64,000 nucleotides of DNA from assembly GCA_964016885.1 (NCBI GenBank), contig OZ024742.1, forward strand, positions 29,574,001-29,638,000, read 5' to 3'. A program made the position numbers and the translations under genes. Shown here piece by piece: positions 55,645-64,000 of the stretch. The first letter of the stretch is position 1, and every line of letters starts with the position of its first letter. The notes under the pieces are model-generated. The model saw nothing but the letters and a program-made list of their open reading frames with translations. It had not been told where the DNA came from and searched no databases. The stretch is from Eledone cirrhosa (Eukaryota).

Positions 55645-55972
55645 AGGATTGGTGCTCTGAAATAGCGATGTATACATGAATGTATGTATTTGGCAATATA
55701 CCATATGTTTAATTAAAAACATTTAGAAGACCATACGCTATATAATTTTCGGTGAAAGCAGGGGAGTACGTGGTTCTGATGAACGCCAACCAGCGTGAAA
55801 CAGACTATCAGCTTCCCTCCCTTCTTTCGCCAAAAAGAAGTAAGTAACATAGTCACTACTTTAAAACTGATAGCGTAAGGTCTTCTAAATGTTTTAATTA
55901 AACATACGGTATATTGCCAAATATACTATACATACATTCATGTATACATCACTGTTTCAGAGCACCAATCCT
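55645..55972 (+). mobile_element. ~330-bp fold-back element with a central hammerhead motif (55751-55831)
   Basis: Arms 55645-55741 and 55870-55972. Core ggtt CTGATGA acgc-caacca-gcgt GAAA cag-a-cta TC agct, with extended stem I ggtgaaag/ctttcgcc. Confidence 0.75.
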
Positions 55973-56083
55973 AATACCTAATTTTTGCTGGACCGGAAAT
56001 CGCTCTGTATAATCAGGTCCTGATTATTATTGGAATTCTATAAGAATCCAGCTTCTATAATTTTCGGCGATATATAACATGCA

Positions 56084-56121
<38 letters not shown>

Positions 56122-56211
56122 CAAAAGTTTAACAAGGTTCATTGATTAATCAATGAATAAAGTTTTACAATAGATTAGAAGCCCTCAACAGTAGGTTTTC
56201 TGGGGTTATTA

Positions 56212-56481
56212 ATATTACTTCAAAATATTAATAAATATAGACATTCATGTGATCAAATATATTTTATTATACATATTTCAGAAGTACCGAGCTATTTCAT
56301 CAGTACGTCCTCATCAGATAAAATAAATTGATGTCTGACATACTTCAACTGTGCTGATGGTTCAATTCCAGTCTTGGCAGTCTTGCTGCTAAGTACTGAT
56401 GAAATAGCTCAGTACCTCTGAAATATGTATAATAAAATATATTTGATCACATGAATGTCTGTATTTATTAATATATTGAAG

Positions 56482-56488
<7 letters not shown>
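56212..56488. repeat. Fold-back element (~92-bp arms) in (TA)n with CTGATGA/GAAA remnants
   Basis: 56212-56305 is the near reverse complement of 56393-56488. Confidence 0.85.
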
Positions 56489-56529
<41 letters not shown>

Positions 56530-56619
56530 TCTTTTACTTTTACCTGTTCCAACCATGTATATATATATATATATATTTATGCGTGTGTATGTAGTAGTAG
56601 AAGTAGTAGTAGTAGTAGC

Positions 56620-56651
<32 letters not shown>

Positions 56652-56984
56652 ATTAGTGTATCATCGAGTAAGAATACATTTGCCGTTCCATGGATGACGG
56701 TCAAAGATAGAAAACACACTGGAAGTTATAATAATGGACGATATTGGAATAATTGCGTCATAACAGATATTTCTTTACTTTGTGTTAATCAACTTAACTT
56801 AATGATGTTTTGTTTTCTATGGATTCGTCTTTTTTTATGTTGGTTTTTTTATTATTATTATTTTTTTGCCGATTTAGCAGAAATGAAGTTTCTTCTTGCA
56901 AAACTACTGATAACTATATTCATTTCTGCAAGTTTGCCGTAATTACAAATGAATAAGTAAATAGTTAGAAGACGAGAAATAATA

Positions 56985-57590
56985 ATTGTTTCTACTTTTG
57001 GCACAAGGCCAACAATTACCCAGTGCATTACTGGTACTTTATTTTATCGACCCCGTAAGGATGAAAGGCAGAGTTAACCTTGGCGGGATTTGAACTCAGT
57101 CCGTAACTGTGCTGCAAAGCATGGCGTCCGACCCTCTACCGATACTCCCAAATGGTTTCTACTTTAGACACTAGGCCAGCAATTGTTTAGGGGAGGAGAA
57201 AGTTAATGAAATCAACGCCATTGTATTACTGGTACTTTATTTTATCGACCCCGTAAGGATGAAAGGCAAAGCTAACTTGGGCGGGATTTGAGCTCATGCC
57301 AATCCAATAATTATAATTGTTTATACTTTTTACACAAGGCCAGCAATTACCCCACTGCAATACTGGTACTTTATTTCATCGACCCCGTAAGGATGATCCA
57401 ATAATAATTATTATTTTTACTTTTGGCACAAGGCCAGCAATTACTCCAGTGTATTACTGGTGCTTTATTTTATCGACCCCGTAAGGATGAAAGGCAAAGT
57501 TAACCTCGACGGGATTTGAACTCAAACCGTAATGGGAGGTAACTATGCTAGAAAGCAACCCTCTACTGATACTGCCAATTCACCGGCCAA
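56985..57590 (-). mobile_element. Four tandem SINE family 1 copies or fragments
   Basis: ctggtactttattttatcgaccccgtaaggatga occurs four times. Confidence 0.88.
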
Positions 57591-57958
57591 TAATAATAAT
57601 GAAGATTAAAATGCATTTCCCTTGGTAACAGAAGACTTCGGACAGCGAGGCCTACGTAATTCGAACTGCGCATCTGCCGTATACCGGTTGACTACGATAG
57701 CCATTACACTAAAGCGCACTAGCTTACATTTAAACCCCTAAATAGATGTCTTATCAATTGACTATATTAGCAGAAAACGGCATCCGGCTGATGCGTGGTT
57801 CGATTCCCGCAGTCTTTTCTATTGAACATATTTTTTCCATCTCCACATGTGATTCAGCTGACATAATCGATTATTTTATAGTTAATGGCTGAATCTATGC
57901 AGCTTTTCACAACAAAAGCAAATACGATCCATATAGATATATATATATATGTGTGTAT

Positions 57959-58016
<58 letters not shown>

Positions 58017-58061
58017 CATATATATACATATATATATAAATATATATATATGTGTATACAG

Positions 58062-58100
<39 letters not shown>

Positions 58101-58276
58101 AAAAATATGGGGAGAAGAATACTGCATGGTTGCACATGGATAACATGTTATAAAATGAGTCCCTCATCAGTGATTTGCCAACGGTCATTGGTATTTCATT
58201 GCATTAAAAATCATATATATATATCTATATATATATATATATAATTCATATATATACATATATATATATATGTATG

Positions 58277-58405
<129 letters not shown>

Positions 58406-58406
58406 T

Positions 58407-58466
<60 letters not shown>

Positions 58467-58581
58467 TAAAATTATATATATATATATATATATCGTACAT
58501 TGAGGTCTACTGTGATTTTTGGTCTTCTTAGTCTTCACACAGCATATATTATAAACACACGCACGCACATATATATCTATA

Positions 58582-58679
<98 letters not shown>

Positions 58680-59170
58680 CTAGGCAGAATGAGAAAGAGA
58701 GTAAACATATATACATTTTTCCCTCCAAAACTTTAAAATAAGATGTAGTCAGATAATACGCTCATTTCCAAAATGAATATAGTAATGTTTTTTGAAATCA
58801 ATAGAAAAATATCTCTATCAGCTTATAGATCGAAACCACTCAATAATTTAATACAGAAACGTTTCTATAACGATCTTAAATACCTACCTTATTTTTTTCA
58901 TATATCTCTTAAATGTTTTAATTTCAAAGTACGATCATTTTAGCATTCTAAACCTGTTTATTTACACATTTGCATATCATTTCCCCTTTAAAATACTAAT
59001 AATATGCTATCGATCTTCAGAGCCTACATGTTGTGGTTCTGTTTTTGTCCAGTTTTATTTTTCTTTCTTTGAAATAAATGTGTAAGTATTGGCTTGTGTC
59101 TTTGTATGAATATATATATGACGCACACACAACACACACACAAACACATATATATATATATTTATATGAC

Positions 59171-59221
<51 letters not shown>

Positions 59222-59306
59222 TATGTATATATATGTATATATATATATATGACATATATATATATATGTGTGTGTATGTATGTATGTATGTATGTATGTA
59301 TGTATG

Positions 59307-59398
<92 letters not shown>

Positions 59399-59399
59399 C

Positions 59400-59444
<45 letters not shown>

Positions 59445-59460
59445 CATACATATATATATA

Positions 59461-59576
<116 letters not shown>

Positions 59577-59619
59577 TATGTCTGTATATATTTTTATAAT
59601 TCATTACATCAATAATAGT

Positions 59620-60540
59620 ACATCTTTTCGAATCCTCGTCTTTCTAAATATACCCTCTCAACTCGTCAGTTCAGCCATCTTAAAATGAACATTTGTTTTG
59701 GTTCAGTTCTTCTTTTATAAAAGTGTTCCAAATGATGCTAGGGCTGTGAAATCTTGTATGCATTAATTTCAACTCTTCCTATTGGTAACTTCAATGTTAC
59801 TTTCCGGAGACTATGTTGAAAAATAAACCTCATTTGGCTATTCCATGAGAGTATCTTGGTCAGCCTATGAAGTTGTGATGCTAGAACTGTGAAATCTTGC
59901 ATGCATTAATTTTAACGCTTCTTATTGATAACTGCATTGTTACTTTCCTGTGACTATGTTGAATAAACCTCATTTGGTCATTGCATGAGAGTATCTTGGT
60001 CAGCCTATGAAGGTGTCATCTAGAGCTGTGAAATCTTGCATGCATTAATTTCAACACTTCTTATTGATAACTGCATTGTTACTTTCCTGGGACTATGTTG
60101 AAAAATAAACCTCATTTGGTGATTCCATGAGAGTATCTTGGTCATGCTATGAACTTTTCATCCTATTAACTTTTCAACCAGCCCTCGTGCTATTGACAAA
60201 CCTCTATGTACACTCTTCACATTTGCTGCGCCATTAAAACCTTTTTCCAAAGATTTAATGAAGAATTTTGTCAAGTTTCATCTCCATCTTCTCAAGTAAG
60301 TCCACTGAAGACATTTCCGTCTGTAGCTGCTGTTACATGGAATCCATGAAAGATTCCCTGATTTCTCTTCAAATACTGAATCTAGAAATGCAAAAGAAAT
60401 ATGTAAATAAAAATGATGAAAAAAAATATATTTTAATCTCGTCAAAGCAAAACATTTTTGGCCAAATTCTTTAGAAAGAGGCCAGATGTGTAAAGGTTGG
60501 GTGTAAAGAAAGGCTGAGTTCACACTCCATCATGTTTCTT
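59620..60540 (-). pseudogene. Probable decayed hAT transposase fragment with a triplicated ~140-bp segment (59735-60155)
   Basis: Minus-strand pieces FLDSVFE..IRESF, FGKGFNGAANVKSVHRGL (cf. hAT DGA.NM) and FQHSPRK (cf. F..SPKR). Repeat units start at 59737, 59880 and 60019. Confidence 0.5.
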
Positions 60541-60559
60541 CTCTATCTCTATCTGCTAA

Positions 60560-61600
<1,041 letters not shown>

Positions 61601-61650
61601 TGTGTGTAAATTATGCACTCTATACTGTACATGTGCTGATATAAATTTAT

Positions 61651-61683
<33 letters not shown>

Positions 61684-61751
61684 TTATATGTGTGTATATA
61701 TATATGTGTGTGTGTGTTTATATGTGTGTATATATATATATGTATGTGTGA

Positions 61752-61785
<34 letters not shown>

Positions 61786-63337
61786 AAGACAATGCCATTA
61801 CTTACTAATCATACACAACGTTAAATATCAAGTCCTCAGTATTTCAGCCGTCTTTTTGTCTAGTGAATATCTTTAAATTGAATGTTGGACAAAGTAGAAA
61901 TTGAAACTGCTTCCAAACAATAGGAGTAAGTGATCAATTTTAGAGTGTAAAAAAAACTGTTGCCAGTTTTAGGGTGTTTAACATCCAATAGATTTAACCA
62001 CTGTTATTATTCAACTCTTTTTTTCGTAATTTTCTGCATTATTTTAGCGATTCCTTGAGGCTATACAAAAGAATTTCAAGCGAAGAAAAACAGTTATTCA
62101 GAATTTTGGCAATTTATCTGGTTTTCATTTTTTCCAGTACTAAATGTTTCATTTATTAAGGAAAGCGTTATTTTTAATTTATTATTAATCTATTTGTTTT
62201 GTTTTATTTATTTTTTAATTATTGGTTTCTTGTTAGAATGGATGCTAATGGACAAATGATTACTGAGTTCACTTAGTAATTATTCGGTCGCAGTTTCGAT
62301 CCCATTGTGTGGTATCTTGAGCAAATGTTATTTACTGTAACCTCGGATAAAGCCATGCCTTGTGAATGAAATTGTGGAGAGGAAAACTGTTTGGAAGCCC
62401 GTCGGGTTAACTATATCTTTAAATCATAGAGCCAGCCTTGTCAGATACTGTGTTATACTAATATTTCCTGATAATTATCTTGATAGTACACGTGTCTATG
62501 GAATGTTCAGCCACACACGGCTTAATTTCATGAGCTTTTGTTTTGAATAATTTTCGTTTTTTTTTTTCGTTTTTCTTTTCAGTTGAAAAGTGGGTATTAG
62601 CTCTGAAATATCATTTTGAAATATACCTTCGTTTTGTTCTATTTGTCAACCTTTGCCCACGATATTTCTACCACATTGAACCAGTTTTCTGAAACATATC
62701 AATCATTTATTACAATATCTCACAATACTTCGAATTAAATATACTAATTTATTCCCATCTCGCCTGAATCAGGCTGACTTTCTTCACATTTGAAAAGAGG
62801 GTTTTAGCTCTGAAATATTATGTTGAAAAATACTGGGTAAAGCTTTACTTTGTTTTGTTTTATTTGTCATCCTTTGCCCTTTATATATTTCTACCATATT
62901 CTACTGGCTTTCTGAAAATCGCTCGGTGGAATTCAAATCCAGGTAACGGGTAGTGTCCATTAAAAAGCCATCACATTATTTCACGTTGCTCCAGTCCCCT
63001 CCGCTAGCAAAGGATGAGTTGCACATGTAATTCAAATGATCTGCCTTGCCAAGCTGAATCACCCTGAGAGCTATATTAAGGGTACCCGTTAAATTCGTGA
63101 GCAGGCTTATCTGTTGGTCAAACAACAAAAGCCCTCGTTGTATGACTGATCGGAGATTCAACACATATAAACATAGACATCCTCTAGCCTCAGGGAAATG
63201 ATACAAGTCCATCATGTATTCGGTTTATATAGCTTTATAATCTATTCGTCCAGATAACAATAGTTGATTATATATTATATATATATATATAGATATATAT
63301 AGATATAGTTGATTATATATTATATAATAGTTGATTG

Positions 63338-63391
<54 letters not shown>

Positions 63392-64000
63392 TAAATCATG
63401 TCTTTAGAATCATCAGATAATAAAATATATACTATTTCTTCTTCTAATTAGAATAACTAACCATATAAAAAATCAATCAGAACAAGCTATAAGAATAAGT
63501 GCTCTTATGGGGAAATGTCCGACAAATAACCGAACGTAGCCTCTTCGCGGCGGCCCCAATCGAGTATTTATAAAAGTGACCAGTTGCAACATGTATATAT
63601 CTATAACTTTATGTATATGTTAACCTTTATATATATATATATATATATATATGAACGACGTAAAATAAGAAAATTATAAAAATTAACTTACTTACTAAAA
63701 TTTCACTCCAACTAATTAGTTTCTGAACGGGAATAAACATCGTTTCCGAATGGAACATGGAGAATACCCTTCGTCATCAGGAAGTCAATTCTCAGCTAAG
63801 TTCCCAGGCGATGCTTGGACACAGGGAACTTATACAAAAATAATTCAGTGGATGGAAAAAAGCAAGCGAGGACTAAATTCCAGGACATTAAAAAAATCAC
63901 TGCCTACTTGGTCGGTGGCAAATTCAAAAGAATCAATCACGTGACATCGAGGTTAATCAGTGAGGAGTGGGGTGTTAATAAGACAGTAACCGGACTATTA

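Noticed and set aside
57760-57820. tRNA-like B box GGTTCGATTCC followed by a T run
   Set aside because: No complete cloverleaf; likely a SINE or tRNA relic.

Overview
This is AT-rich, microsatellite-saturated animal genomic DNA. The SINE types and repeat load suggest a cephalopod such as Octopus (inference). No host gene is recognisable, and nearly all ORF-track entries are translated microsatellites. The window holds three main things. (1) A ~16 kb head-to-tail array (23.8-39.8 kb) of five co-oriented Tx1-like (L1-clade) non-LTR retrotransposons from several subfamilies, plus a sixth fragment at 12.6-13.0 kb. Almost every end, including independent 5'-truncation points, abuts (GATA)n/(TATC)n, which points to a GATA-microsatellite-specific retrotransposon. 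(2) Penelope-like element (PLE) remnants: an RT fragment, a Neptune-type GIY-YIG fragment, and many fold-back inverted repeats embedded in (TA)n. These repeatedly carry hammerhead-ribozyme (HHR) cores, three of them with a compensatory U3:A8 core. (3) RTE, R4/Dong-like RLE and probable hAT relics, tRNA-derived SINEs, and mini/microsatellites. All ribozyme folds were made by eye and are untested.
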